From assembly GCF_009834535.1 (NCBI RefSeq), contig NC_045696.1, forward strand, positions 60,080,001 through 60,144,000: a stretch of 64,000 nucleotides of DNA. Direction: 5' to 3'. Below, piece after piece: positions 39,636-53,149 of this stretch (its first letter is position 1; every line of letters starts with the position of its first letter). A program made the translations under genes and the position numbers. The DNA is from Camelus ferus. Its lineage: Eukaryota. The notes below the pieces were generated by a model. That model did no database searches and was not told where the DNA came from. It was given only the letters and a program-made list of their open reading frames with translations.

Positions 39636-42124
39636 ATTTTTGGGAAGAGCTTCCCTTTCTCATCCATGCCTAGAGTGGGGGTCCCAAGTTCTACTTGCAG
39701 ACCAGCCTGATGACACTGCCACCAATCCACCAACAGAAGAGAAAAATAAAGGAGATGCATGTATTTTTCCAAAACTACGCTTGTTTTTTCCTTAGTTTTA
39801 ATACCGCCTAAGAGTTGGTCCTTCCTTCTTTGTCTCCTTACTTACTCTAGATGCACTTTATTATGTGTAAATTACGCCTCCAATAAGGCTAGTTTTTAAA
39901 AAGTAATTGAGAAAAAAGAGAATCTTTTTTGGCTACTTTTAAAATTAATTGTTCTAATTTTTTTTAATTGATGGTGAAGATAGATACAAATTTTTAAAAT
40001 TTGGTTTTAGGTTTTTACTTCATAAAATAAAAAGGGGATGCTCTGAAATTTTACTTCAGATTCCCCAATTTTATAAGACATATTACCCAGAGCCTGGGAA
40101 TCACTGCATAATCCAGGCTGGCACTGGGTAGTCTCAACACATACAGATTGAGTTTAATGTCCAGAAGTTAGCAGTCATACAAGTCATATATAAGTCATTT
40201 ATAATAAACAATATTAAAATTTTAATTAATTGGTTTATGCCTGTGTATTTCTGGAAAAATCATATTTTCAACAAATTCCATTAGATATTCAGATTGATTT
40301 TGTACTGTGGCAATATAATTAAAATTGTGTTCTCAGGTTGTAAAGTCCAAGATGGAAAAAGGGCCAATAAACCAGGTAAATCTGGCTGGAACCACACTCT
40401 GTATGTATTCAGGTAAAGTCAAAGGGTAATACACAGAGCTGACTATGAACAGATTGTAAGATAAGAGCAAACACAAGTCATGCAACCATTTACCTGTCCT
40501 TTCTTGAAATAAGCAGCACGGATACCAGATTTTATGAGAAACCATCAGTATGTAGATACACAAGAAACAAAGCAAACCAACGAATGAGAGAATTCTCTCC
40601 CTCACCTCCTGACACATGTATTCAAGCTTCACTTTCAAAAAAAAAGTAACGACAAAAGACAAATCCTTAAATTTGTGGACTGCTCTTTACCGCCCTAACA
40701 CCACCCCAAGCCCCCGTCGAGTCCTGACCAGACAACTGTAATCACCTCCCAACTCATCCTCTTGCCCACGTCTTGCCCACTCATTTCTTTCTTTCTTCTT
40801 TTTTTAAATTGAAGTATAGTCAGTTTATCATGTTATGTCCATTCTGGTGTACAGCATGAAGTTTTTGCCCATTAATTTCAAAAAGCAGCTGTGATGGTGC
40901 CATTTCCCTGCTTTAAAAACCCCACAGTGGCTCCCTTTGTTCCCAGCCAGAGAGCAAAGTCTGGCTCCTGCTTATCCCTCCACACCAAGGTCACGTCTCC
41001 TCCCTTCAGCAAAACAAACGAGCACTGGTTGTAGAAGCGATCCTTGCAGTGGCAGGTTCCTCTATGAAACCAGCATTGAAAGAGACAAAGACAGTAGACC
41101 AGTGCTTCCCGAACGGCCTGTGGTCGAGGATGAGCTTTTCTCTGCCTGTGCTTTTGGATGTTCTTTTTAAATGAAGAAAATAAAGTCTCACTTGCTCCCC
41201 TCATCTCTCCCCACAGGTACCAGCTCTCCTTCTTTCCTTTTTTTTAAGGGGTCTCCTGTGGACCGAAACTTCCGTAAAATACAATAGAGATTTTTTTTTT
41301 TCACACCCTGCCCCATGCTTGGGTGTCATGGCCATGTCACTGTAAAGGAGGTCACAGCCCCCAAACTTTGAGGTGCTCTGTGTTGTGAGCTGGTTTGATA
41401 TGAATTCAAATCCCCTTGTTTGTGACAAAAATGAAGTTGTTTTTAAGGATGAAGTTACTGTTTTGATATAAAAGTGAACTTGTGTGTCAGGATGTCGTCA
41501 TCCACATCTGTGGTTGCGACATCACCCAGCTCAGCTGCAGGGTGCGGCTAGGGGTTTATCTCTAAGAACCTAAGAAGAAGTAAGTTGGCTGAGGGAGTGT
41601 TTAGGCTCTAAATACTTAGTTTGTGAGGCCCATCCGAGAGTGTTCCACTGGGACAAGGCTACCCTTTACTGACCTAAATAGCTCTCTGAAGACCAAGGGG
41701 AATTAGCTCCTGCCACGGGAAAGGGGACTCTGTTACCGGCAGTGGGAAAGCCGTGCAGCGGCTCCAACACGGGCATCTTGGTCCCCTAGCAACGGGCTCT
41801 AGGAACAAGGACTTTGGTTTTCGCGCTGGCAGCTGGAGATCAGCTAAACCGTCTTTTCTGAGAGCCAACTCGAAAGGTGCGCCTCAGTTAAGTTTGAACT
41901 TTATTCCTTTCATGACCCCTTGCTGGGAACAAGAGTGTGATTAATCTGTCATTGGTCTGGACTCTGTTATTTCTTTATTGACTTATTAAGAGACATTACC
42001 CTATGTGCTCTTGGCTTGTGAAATTATAGCTCCCGCAGTCAACCTGTGTTAAATAAAATATTGACAAAGACCATCGCAGTCTCTGAGAATAATTTGCCCC
42101 CTGGAAACAAAGCACACTGGGATA

Positions 42125-42312
42125 GACTAGTGCTTCTCACACTTTTCCTGCACATCTCAGTCACCCAGGGGGCTTGTGAAAACTCAGATGCCTGGTCCCC
42201 AGCCCAAGAGACTTAATTCAGTAAGTCTGGGCTAGACCTGAGAAGCTGTATCTCCAGCAGGTTCCAGGGGATGGAGATGCTGCCAGCCTGCAGACCACAC
42301 CTAAGTGACACT
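42125..42312. mobile_element. MER5A-like hAT element
   Basis: agtgcttctcacactt...cagtcacccagggggcttgtgaaaactcagatgcctgg...ggagatgctgccagcctgcagaccacac. Confidence 0.65.
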
Positions 42313-42545
42313 GGCTTCGATTATATAGGAGAGGCATGAACACTGGACCAAAAGCCAGAAGACCTCTGGGCACAGGAGCACAGAGAAAGCGCTGGGGAGG
42401 GAATTCACAAAAATACAGATGTTAGCGCTGCCTTGAGTGATAAGGGTCTTGTGCTTTCTTCTCCGAGCTTCTCTCTATTTCCCACATTTTATTCATGTGT
42501 TTACATACACACAACCTCCTCTAAATCTAGACATTATATGTGTAT

Positions 42546-42997
42546 TGTGGACAAAGAGTGTTGCCTGTCATATCAGTAAATAAAAGATGTTGTGACCATC
42601 AAGCCAGCAGCCACTGCAGCCGCCCTGACTGTGCACCCTGCGGGGACCCAGGGTGGAGAAAAGCAGGATCCTGGTCCTAGATCACTAAGGTGCACATCAA
42701 GGGAATGATTTCCATGAGCCCAGACTCTTGCATCTTCCCATACACAATAAAGAGCTAAATTCATTAAGTGGAGATGTCTGCTTTTCTTTAATTAACAATA
42801 ATTCTTTGATGTTCCCACTTCCTGGTTTTTGTTACAAAAACTCCTGTGTATCCTGGTTCCTCCCCTAGTCTTCGGCGCAGTCCCTGAGAGTGATCTGAGA
42901 GGTGACTGTCTTTCAGGCATAAGTCCTCAGAAAGTCAGCCGAATAAAACATAATTCTCAACTTTTAGGCTGTGCTTTTTTTTTTTTTTCAGTTGACA
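42546..42997 (+). mobile_element. ERV solo LTR
   Basis: TG...CA ends; aataaaacataattctcaacttttagg...tttttcagttgaca terminus typical of laurasiatherian ERV1 LTRs. Confidence 0.75.
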
Positions 42998-43920
42998 TTA
43001 AGATGAGAGTGAAGGCAACACTTGCTGTCTTGGGTTTATCTGTCCTATCCTCCCTAATTTGAAGAGATCTTCCAGAATGATGAGCCTGGAATTCTTAGTC
43101 TTACTTTGTCTTTGACATTTGTTGACATTTCACAGTCTTTCCCAAGCAGTGGCTCTGTCTTTATTCTTCCTGTGGTAAGAATTAAATGATTAAAGGGATC
43201 AACACACGTGAAGCACCAAGAAATTATGCCTGGCATAAATTAAGTACTCCAGAATATATGGACTATTATTATTCTTGATGTTTTTCAGACTGGCTCCCTC
43301 ATCTGAATGCAGGAAGGAATTCTTCAATTGGACCACATGTCATGGCCGTGGGCTCAGAGAACGTTACTTAGCCTGCAGGAGTTAGGAAGCTGTTGATGAT
43401 CTGCTCCAGCTTCCATCTTTGAGTAAAAGACCACACAGGTCACATGTCAGAGCCTGGAGGCTAAAGAGAAGATCCCCACATGGTGCCCAGAGTTCTTCTC
43501 AACCTCATTCTCTAAAAAATTCAGCCAGAACTTGCTCACCTCATAAAAGCTGATGAAAGACAGAAACCTTCTACTAATGGTATTCTCTTTTTTTCTAAAA
43601 TGAATGATTTTTCAGTGAAAATGGATTTATCTCCTTTTGTATTTGGGAAAACCATCAAAGAAAACATTGATTATCTGAATAATTGTGCCAAACATTATGC
43701 ACCATTAAGATAACAATGACATCACTTCAATACTTAAGCTTTTATAGGGCCACTGAAGAGAAACAATGTATGATCTCTAATGTTCCAGTAAAAATTATGC
43801 AAATAATGCAAGAGTGAACTGATAACATTCATGTTCCCCTGGCACAAGAACAAGGAATGAAGAGATCAAGGAAAAATCAAGGGGGAATTATTAAGATTGT
43901 TGAATTAAAAGTGAAGTATT

Positions 43921-45349
43921 TCAACCCACAGATCTACGGTCAATTAATCTTTGACAAAGGAGGCAAGAACATACAATGCAGAAAAGACAGCCTCTTCAGC
44001 AAGTGGTGTTAGGAAAACTGGACAGCAGCATGTAAATCAATGAAGTTAGAACACTCCCTCACACCTTATACAAAAATAAACTCAAAATGGCTTAAAGATT
44101 TAAATATAAGACAAGACACAATTAACCTCCTCGAAGAGAACATAGGCAAAACATTCTCTGACATAAATCTTAGCAGTGTTCTCCTAGGGCAGTCTACCTA
44201 GGCAATAGAAATAAAAGCAAGAATTAACAAATGGGGCCTAATTAAACTGATAAGCTTTCATACAGCAAAGGAAACCATAAGCAAAACAAAATGACAACCT
44301 ACGAAATAGGAGAAAATATTTGCAAATAATGCGACTGACAAAGGTTTAATTTCCATAATATACAAACAGCTCATACAAAAAAACCAAACAACCCATTCCA
44401 AAAATGGGAAGAAAACCTAAACAAGCAATTCTCCAATGAAGACATACGAAGGGCCAATAGATACATGAAAAAATGCTCAATATTGCTAACTATTAGAGAA
44501 ATGCAAATCAAAACTACAATGAGGTATCACCTCACATCAGTCAGAATGGCCATCATTCAAAAGTTCACAAATGATAAATGCTGGAGTGGGAACTCTCCTA
44601 CACTTTTGGTAGGACTCTAGTTTGGTACAGCCGCTATGGAAAACACTATGGAGAGTCCTCAAAAAACTGAAAATAGACTTATCATATGATCCAACAATCC
44701 CACTCCTGGGTATATATCCGGAGGGAACTTCAATTCAAAAAGACACATGCACCCCAATGTTCATAGCAGCACTATATACAATAGCCAAGAAGTGAAAACA
44801 ACCTAAATGTCCATCGACAGATTACTGGATAAAGAAATTGTGGTATATTTATACAATTGAATACTACTCAGCCATAAAAAATAATAAAATAATGCCACTT
44901 GCAGCAACTTGGATGGACTTAGAGATTGTCATTCTAAGTGAAGTAAGCCAGAAGGAGAAAGAAGAATACAATATGATATCACTCATATGTGGAATCTAAG
45001 AAAAAGAAAAAAAGAGGATACTATTGAACTCATCTACAAGACAGAAACAGACTCACAGACATAGTAAACAATCTTATGGTTACCAGAGGGAAAGGGGTGA
45101 GAAGCAATAAATTTGGGAGTTTAAGATTTCCAAATGTTAGCCACAATGTATAAAAATAGATTTTAAAAAACCCAAACAAACAAGTTTCTGCTGTATAGCA
45201 CAGGGAACTATATTCAGTATCTTGTAATAACCTTTAATGAAAAAAAAAGAAAATGAATATATATATGTACGTACATGCATGATTGTGACAATGTGCTGTA
45301 AACCAGAAATTGATCCATTATAACTGACTATACTTCAATTCAAAAAAAA
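43921..45349 (+). mobile_element. 5'-truncated LINE-1 (ORF2 3' third plus 3'UTR), with target-site duplication aaaagtgaa
   Basis: [11 protein letters not shown]... ORF2 remnant with stops, camelid-type 3'UTR; aaaagtgaa on both flanks (~43907 and ~45346). Confidence 0.92.
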
Positions 45350-45418
45350 GTGAAAGATTTCAAACAAGCCTTTTAAGAGCTGTCCCCCAGAAGTCAGATG
45401 TTTACAAGCCATAGGAGA

Positions 45419-45437
45419 CAGCGCCACCTACTGGCCA
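45419..45437 (-). promoter_or_regulatory. Candidate CTCF-binding site
   Basis: Minus strand TGGCCAGTAGGTGGCGCTG versus consensus TGGCCACCAGGGGGCGCTA. Confidence 0.6.
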
Positions 45438-47829
45438 TGGAATTTCCCCACCTGCTAGGAAGGGGCAAGAGGGTGGTGGGTAGTTAGGTGGGGCAAAACT
45501 GCCCCCAGAGATGTAAGTTTCAAGCTCTTCTGGTGCTGGTGTCACCTGGATGCCTGACCTCCTCCTCCACAAGGAGGCTCGGAGCCCTCTGAAGCTTCTT
45601 GTGTGTAATGGACTCTTGGTTTCTAGAATCTCTGGGGAAGGGATGAGATATGTGATCTGGGGCTTGACTGCCAGGAGCAAGTGGTTCTCAAACTCCCCTG
45701 CACATTCGAGTCACCTGCGGAGCTTAACAAGCCTGCCCTAGACCAATGAAGCGCTGCGCTCTGGGATGGGACCCAGGCATCAGTGATTATTAAATCTTCT
45801 CAGGTGACTTGAATGTAAGCTGAGACCTGCTGCTGTCGGGGCAGCAGCCCATCATCCCCAGCCGGCTTCACCCAAGGCTGACCTCAGAGAGCCTTCAGGC
45901 GGAAGTGGACATCAGCAGAATGACACGTATGTGCTCCTGCCCTGTCTTAGGGCTGTGATCAGAGGATGCCTCCCTCAAGGTCAGAGAGGCCCCTGCATGA
46001 GCGGCCACCCCTACTTGAAAAAAAAAAAAGCTTTGTTGTGGTACACTTGATGTACAATAAACTGCACTTACACGAAGCATACGATTTCAGTTTTGGTAGA
46101 CCTGGGAACCTTCACCACCATCAAGATAATCAACATACCCCTTGGAGACCAAGCTGGAAGAGTCCCGTTTTCTACTGTCTCACAAACTGTTTAATATTCT
46201 GCACCAGGCACTGTGCTGGGTAAGAAGGAAACAGACTCACCGTGTGGAACCTCTTTCCTGGGGGAGTGAATTCCAGGAGCCCGTTGGGATCTGAAGGACT
46301 AGATACTTCTACTCGGGAGTGCCGGGTGGAGAAGAGGAGAATTAGGAAAAGCTGGTCAGAGGAGGCAGAGGTGCTCACTAGGCAGCTGAAGGAAAGGGGC
46401 ATTTCAAGTGTAGGGCACAGCACAGGCAAAGACACGGAGGTATGAGGAGATGGACGTTCAGGGAGCAGCAGGTGTGCCAGTGTTAGTGCCCTGCAGGGGA
46501 GGGGAGGGGAGGGGAGGCGAGGCCAAGCTGGAGCAGCTGGTGGCAGCAGCTGCAGGACTGAGGAGCCACAAGCAGCCTGGCTTGATTCTCTCAATAAAGA
46601 ACCGCTGAAAGCCTTAAGCAAGGGAGTGTCCTGATCAGATTCACATCTTCGAAAGTTCATTCTGACAGCCCTCCAAGGTTGCAGGACAATCAGAAAACCT
46701 TTGCAAAGGTCCCAATGAGCAGAAGCAAATGAATTACAGGCCATATTACTCAAGAATCAAAAACAACTTTGGAGGCTAAAGCCATTTACATAAACATTAC
46801 ACATATACATACTTAGAGCATGATTTTTATTCAAACAATAGCAATGAAAGTCTCCCAAGAATGGATGTACTCTGGTCCATGAAACCCAGAGTTCTGCAGG
46901 CCCAGGGCCTTTGAGAAGTGATGGAAACTGGCATGGTCTGGTGCAGAGGGGCACAAGAGAAGTGGGACTTTTTAGTAAAGAGGTAGAAATAGCCTACGTT
47001 CAGCACTAAATCCAGAATCATCTTCAGATGTAAAGCAGGTAGCACACAGGTCAGAAATAGAATCTGTGATGACAAGTTACAGTGGTCAGCCAATTTAAAG
47101 TTATGTCTGCATTGATTCTGCTGGTGTTAACCTATTGATGGACGGCCAGTGTCTTTACAGTGGGCATTAATAGCTCATAAGAATGTTTCTTTTATTCCCT
47201 TCACTAACTAGCCTTGAGAACAAAAGAGTAAACACAAGCTATATCAGTGAGGATGCTTTCACCTGCAAAATCAGAAACAACTGCTCAAACTGGCCTAACA
47301 GTATATTCCAGGGACTTCAGGTACAGTCTGATCAGAGCACCAGCTCCAGGTTTGCATGGTTCTTTCAGCTGTCCCCTCCTTTTTGTGTCAGCTTAGCAAA
47401 ACTGAAGCAGTTTAAGGCCTCACATTCCATTCTCCAGAACAAAGAGTTTCTCTTCCTCCAAGCCTTCTACCAACAATTGAGCTTTGTCCTATTTGCATCC
47501 ATTTATGCCATGTGCTAAGTCAATGACTGTGGCAAGGAGGGTGGACAGGATTCCACTGAATGACTTGGGCTCCTGCATTTGAGCTGACGGGCAGATAGTC
47601 CCATCCAAAATATTTGGTTGCTTCATAATGGAAGAGTAGTGGGGTATGCATGGAGAAGCAGCCGATAATATCTACTCCATGAAAAAATAAATTACCGTGG
47701 GTATTCCAACAGGCCCTCATGAGGACAGCAGATGTCAGTCACCTTGGTTTGCCATGTATCGTGTTTGCCATTGAAAGTGACATGTAACTGCTATGTGTGT
47801 CATCCAAAGTCCCAAACACAAGGAAGGAC

Positions 47830-48819
47830 ACCAGCTACTAAATATACTTTATTTGTTAACAGTCAAGAACAAATACTAACAATAAAAGCAAATTAAAATG
47901 ACTTGCAAGGAGACTAGACATAAACAAGGATACAATTGACATTAAAGAAACTGGATATGACTGGATGTGACTGCCACCATTCTTGGCTGTGTGTGTGTTG
48001 GTGGCCCCGTTAAGCCTCTGTCCCCAGGGAAGGCTGGAGCTTCAGTGAGGTACTTCTGGAATCTGCATCACAAGGCTGAACATCTGGATCCAGAGCACAG
48101 CTGCCTCTCACCATCAGCTGGACAGAAGGCCTACAAGTTTGAAGTGACTTTAACCTCTTGCGCTGGGAGTTTTGTCTTTACACCCTTTCCTAGGTTCTGA
48201 GTCTTGGGTGGGACACGAAGTAGAGGAAGTGCCCATTCCCTCATCGAGGCGGGGACTCTGAGGGTGAAGGTGGGTCCTGGGTATCTTCTCCCTGACTCAG
48301 CCTCCCCGTCCAGCTTCCTTACAGTCACTTGCCCGAGAATGAACCCAAGAACCTTAAAGGATGGTGTCTCTTCCCATCCCCTGGGACCTCCACAGCTGAT
48401 GTGTAAGAGTCTCCCAGAATTAGGTCACTTATGCACAGGCTGTCAACTCAAAGTGACACTCTTCTAGACTCTTCCAGGAGTGAACGATCTGGGGCACTTC
48501 CGTCTAGATTGGAAATGGTTACTGTTGCTCCACCGTGTAAAAGAAACCCCAACCCCTGTACTGACTGGAGCAAATCAACTATCTTAACAAGTGCTGGTCC
48601 CATCTGTGTGCATTTAATTTCACAGGTACTTAGCAAACAAGCTTTATTCACTGCAAACTGTCACAACTTCCATTCAGAGAGGCTAGGTGTTGGTTGGAAG
48701 AGAAATCCCAACCGTCAGAGCTTCCCAGCTGCTCACGTCTCCTTCAGTCTTCCAAACACTCGAAGTAAAAGCTCATATGCTGGGTTCAGGGCCATGAATG
48801 GTCCCAAACTTTTACCATC
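47830..48819 (-). other. MUC13: MUC13 terminal 3'UTR exon
   Basis: Pyrimidine tract plus AG (ctctctttttgtctag) ending at 48820; AATAAA at 47848-47853; sequence resembles the MUC13 3'UTR as recalled (gcctctctgaatggaagttgtga). 3' end approximate. Confidence 0.7.
47848..47853 (-). terminator. Polyadenylation signal AATAAA of MUC13 copy
   Basis: tttatt on + strand about 1 kb into the terminal exon. Confidence 0.55.
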
Positions 48820-50373
48820 CTAGACAAAAAGAGAGGTGGGGGGGAATTCTTAGAAAAGTATTGCAACAGAAACGTATGAGACAATTTAGATTCATAAAGG
48901 ATTACTATAATTTTAATTAACATTATTTAATACTACTGTTCCAATTAGAACCCATCATTGTGCTGAGTTCTTTATGCATATTAGCTTATTTGATCTTTAT
49001 CCTTTGAGGGAGGCATCCTTTTGTCCATTTCACAGATGAGAAAACAAACCCAGAGAAGTCAGGGAACTAGCCCGAGACCACAGACTTAGTAGCAGGAAGG
49101 GCAAGGCTGTGAAGCCAGGTGTCTGATTTAAATCCCACACCGACTCAGCCACCAAAGGGCTTTCTTCAGAGGTTATACTTGAGGTAAGGGCTCCAGCGAT
49201 GTGGAGAAAAGGCTTGAAATGAATTCGAGAGTTAAGGTTCACCTCAGGTAGGACCAACAGGGGCGCCCATGGGACGTTCGTCCCCGGCTCTTGCTGACTA
49301 GACCTGTGTCTGACCCCAAGTGGCGCACTTTGTGGAGTCGTCCCGTGGTGCACACACGAGACATCCGGACTTCCATGATTAAAAGGAACTTGATGTGTGA
49401 AATCAGCCATAGGATTTCATAATAAAAATAAGTCAGGTTTTCCCAGAATGTTCAAAGTGCATTAAGGTCCTCAAAGGATGACTCTCTCACCAGGGCTGCC
49501 AGCAGAAGTGATCGCCCTCGGCGGGGGGGGGGGGGGGGGGGTGGGTCCGGTGCTGTGCTCCCTCCCCAGCGCCTCCCCCACCTCCCATGTCGTCTCCTCT
49601 CTCAGCCTATTTTCTACTCTCCTGGGGATGCCTCACCCCACTTCTCCCTCCTTCCCTTTCTCCCCACTCTTCCTTTTGAAAACAAATCCTTTCTCTCCTC
49701 CCCTCTCTTCTCTCCTCTCTGGCTCCCTCCTCTTCCTGGGCCATCCCTCCTTCCTTCTGTCCTGTCCCTCTTCCCCGCAGGAGTCCCCTGAAGGCTTTCT
49801 CCTCTCAGCATTTCACTGGGTCGCACTAAGCAGTGCCAGCTGTGCTTATCCAATGCACATCTGAGGACAAGCTAGTCTCCTCGCAAGCCCTCCCAAGGGA
49901 AATAAAGCATTACTAGCCTCAGAAATTGATCTGGCTGCCTTGAGGTCTGCGGGGAGGAGAGGGGAGCTTTGCCCTTCTGTGGGCTGGATGGGAAGGGTCC
50001 ATGTAAACAGGACCGTGCTTACATCCAGCAGTGCTGCCCAGGCCTGAGCCAGGTCCTAGTTCCTCCAACAGTCTGGGAGCTGTCATCACAACCACTGGAG
50101 TCATATCCGTAGAAACGGATTTAAAGAGACCATAGAGGCATCTAAATTAAAGCTTCTCTTTTTACAGCTGAGGAAATAGACAGCCAGAGAAATTAAGCGA
50201 TGTGTTTAAAGTCACATAGATGGTCAGTGTTAGGGACCAGGTGGTGGCTATTTACAATAGCTTTGGATTAAAAAAAAAAGCCTACAGGACAGCCAGGGCT
50301 GGTGATGATACAACAGCCAGGTCCCTGGGGCATCTCACTCAGCAAAGGAAACAGAAAGCACGTCAAGGCTCAC

Positions 50374-50578
50374 CTAATAGTCGGGGTTGGGTATACAACC
50401 CTAGTTCGAATAGGGATTCCGAGCACTACCGTCTTTTGGGAGGTTCACCCTGACTTTAGGGAAGACGTTCCCATCTGCTCCTAGGTTGCTAAAGCCAGTA
50501 GTCTCATACAGTCTCAGACTGTGAAAGTCGTTCTCAATCAGGTTCTGTTCTTCCACATTCTTCTTTTTGCTCTTTGAA
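50374..50578 (-). CDS. MUC13: MUC13 cytoplasmic-tail exon (SKSKKKNVEEQNLIENDF...NPYSN*GCIPNPDY*), premature TAG at 50401-50403
   Basis: ttacag acceptor; ancestral-type stop after PDY at 50374-50376, followed directly by a GTGAGC donor. Confidence 0.9.
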
Positions 50579-52589
50579 CTGTAATTGGTAACAGGAATTA
50601 GAATATGACAATGGTAGCAAGTTCTGTGAAGCAAATGTTAATATTCTTTTTAAAAAATGTTTAAAAATTCTGACATAATTTCATATGTACATGTAAGTTA
50701 CGAAAAGAGTATTACACGAAGCTCCCATACATCTATCACCCATATTCCCCCATTGTTAATATTTCTGAGCCATTTAAGAACAAGCTGCAGACCTGATGTC
50801 CGTCACCCGTAGTGTCTCATTACTTCATTCCATGCAGATCCCCTCAGTCCACTCATAAGCTCCAGGAAACCATCAAAACCAGAACGTTGATCCTGGTCCA
50901 GCATTACTGTCTCATTCTACTGATCCCATTTACTATTTGCTAATAATGTTAGTATTGTTAAGTGTGTCTTTGAATTCTTTATGGAAATGATAATAACAGT
51001 CAAAGAAAAAAGATGATTTGTGACTAAACTTTCATTCAGGCAAAGTCACTATCCACGGAAGCACCTCAGTGAATAAAGTGAGTCCCAGGTATAAAGGTCT
51101 CAGGAGGAGGAACCGAAGTTTCCCAGGTTCTGCTGCAGGCCCTCAGGGACCTCAAGGGGTCAAAGACAAGTGGAAGTACTTTCAGGTGAGGGAGGCATCT
51201 GCTCCCAGTGAACCTGGCTCATGACCTTCTTTCTTCTGGCCCCCAGACACAGTCCTGCCCTTCAGAGTGGGTCGTGGGGCCAGAGGCACCTATGATGGCC
51301 ACAGGGCCATCCCAGGGTGAGCCTCAGACACTGGGAATGTCGTAAAGGAAGACCCAGCCCCCTGGTGACCGTGATGGCCAGCCCAGCCCACAGTACAGCT
51401 CCTGCCCTGTGACAGCCCTCCTGTCTAAGGTGATTCGTGGAGGAGAGGTTTCCTTCCCTTGAGATGGACAAGAAATGATAACTCCTGGCTTGCTCCCAAG
51501 AGTCACGAGACTGAGGCTGAGCTAAGAGCAAGCCAGGCTCTGCACTAGGAGGGAGAACCGAGAACCAGGACTGTCCCAGGGGCGAGCGTCCCCCCATGGC
51601 CCCGCAGGGCAGGAGCCAGTCCCGAGAGAGACAGCCTGGCTCCAGAACCCTGGGTCCTGGCCCTCTCCCTGCAAAAGGAGTTATTCTCAGTTCCCAGCTT
51701 GGCATCCTGTTAAGCAAGTCTCTGGGGAAGAGTTAGTATCAAAATGGAATAGAAGAAAAAACAAATATTTTAGGAACATAAACTCTATTTGTCCTCTCTT
51801 ATTATAGTGCAAAAGTACCTATTTTGCCAAAATATGATACGAGATAATGTCATTTTAAAAAAGCAGCTTGTTTTTTTTTTTACCACAGTGGCTCCTCACT
51901 TGGCACATTTAGAATGGACTGGATAACAGCTTTCCACCCTGCTCATGGAGGGAACTCGAGCTCTCTACTCATTCTGGAAATGAATGGACCCCACTCAAAT
52001 TTTAAGAAGAGCACTTAAGACACCGCGCTGAGGAGCAGCCATGAGGAGATCATGTTTCTAAAGCCCAGGGGCTCACTTGAGGTTGTCTGGCTTTTGTGCG
52101 AAGACCCGGGCAGGGGAGTGATTGATGAAAATTAGATCTGACAACATCAGTGGAGTCAAATATGCTAACAAACGAGTCTCAGTGCCATCAGAGAGCGGCT
52201 GCTCTGTCACAGTACAGTATTAAGCAAAAACAAACCTCAGGAAAAAAATTTTAAAACACAAAGAATACAAAATTATGTATGTCATTTTAAAAGGTAGAAA
52301 CAACCTGGAAGAATGTATGTCAAAATGTTGGTGGCTGCAGGGTGTCAGGTTTTGTGGGTGAGTGTTTATTCTGCTCCTGTACACATTTCTCTCTTTTCTT
52401 CAATGATCATGTATAGCTTATAGAATCAGAAGAAAATTCAGGTAAGAAAAAAAGGTCATTGGTGTGAGAGAGGCCTCGCCGTATTTTTCTGCTCTTGCCC
52501 AGGGAAGTCTGGGCATGTTTGGAAGTTTGGAAACCAGAGTGTAATGACGGTGTCGCTGTGTCCCAGAAAAGGGACACTTCATTTTGTAC

Positions 52590-52674
52590 CTCATTGAGAT
52601 GACCAATGCTATCAGCAAACCGAGGATGAGGATGCCAGCAATGATGCCCACAATGGTGATGATCAGATAAATAT
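52590..52674 (-). CDS. MUC13: MUC13 transmembrane exon (NIYLIITIVGIIAGILILGLLIALVISM), 85 nt, phase 1 to 2
   Basis: ttttccctttcag acceptor, AG|GTACAA donor, hydrophobic helix; seen in ORF 52418..52777. Confidence 0.92.
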
Positions 52675-53149
52675 CTGAAAGGGAAAAGAGCCGAGTATGA
52701 GAGGCTCCCCCGAGCACACCTCCACTGCCTACTGCACAGGTGCATGCGTTCCCAGTGGGTTCTGGCCCTGAGGACAATCAGGCTGTGGTCTCTGATGCCT
52801 CCAGGGCCAGGATGGAGGGTGGCCCACCTCCTTTAACCCTCTGTCCACCCACCCCCATCTGTGTCTTCAGAACTCAATCAGAAGAGACAGCCTTGCCAGA
52901 TAAACCAAGACCATAAACACAAAGGAGGCCATGGTGACAGGACCCTCCTGGGCTTCGTGGTGGGTGGGATCTCATCTGAGGTCCACACACCTCCGTGCCT
53001 CTGCTGCCTGTGCCTGCCCATCGCTGACCTTGCTGATAAACTAGGGGAACCAGGTGGGGGTTAACTGTGCCAGTAACAGAGGATCCAGGAAATGGCCTGA
53101 TGGAACCGGTGAGGGAAGAGCCTGGGGGTTCATTACCACCCATCCTCCT

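Noticed and set aside
40878..41204. Cys-rich minus-strand ORF (CLCLFQCWFHRGTCHCKDRFYNQC) as a possible HEG1 EGF exon
   Set aside because: It does not match recalled HEG1 EGF sequences or EGF cysteine spacing, and has no supported exon boundaries.
43921..45349. L1 as the mediator of the MUC13/HEG1 rearrangement
   Set aside because: Matching aaaagtgaa target duplications on both sides indicate a simple insertion.
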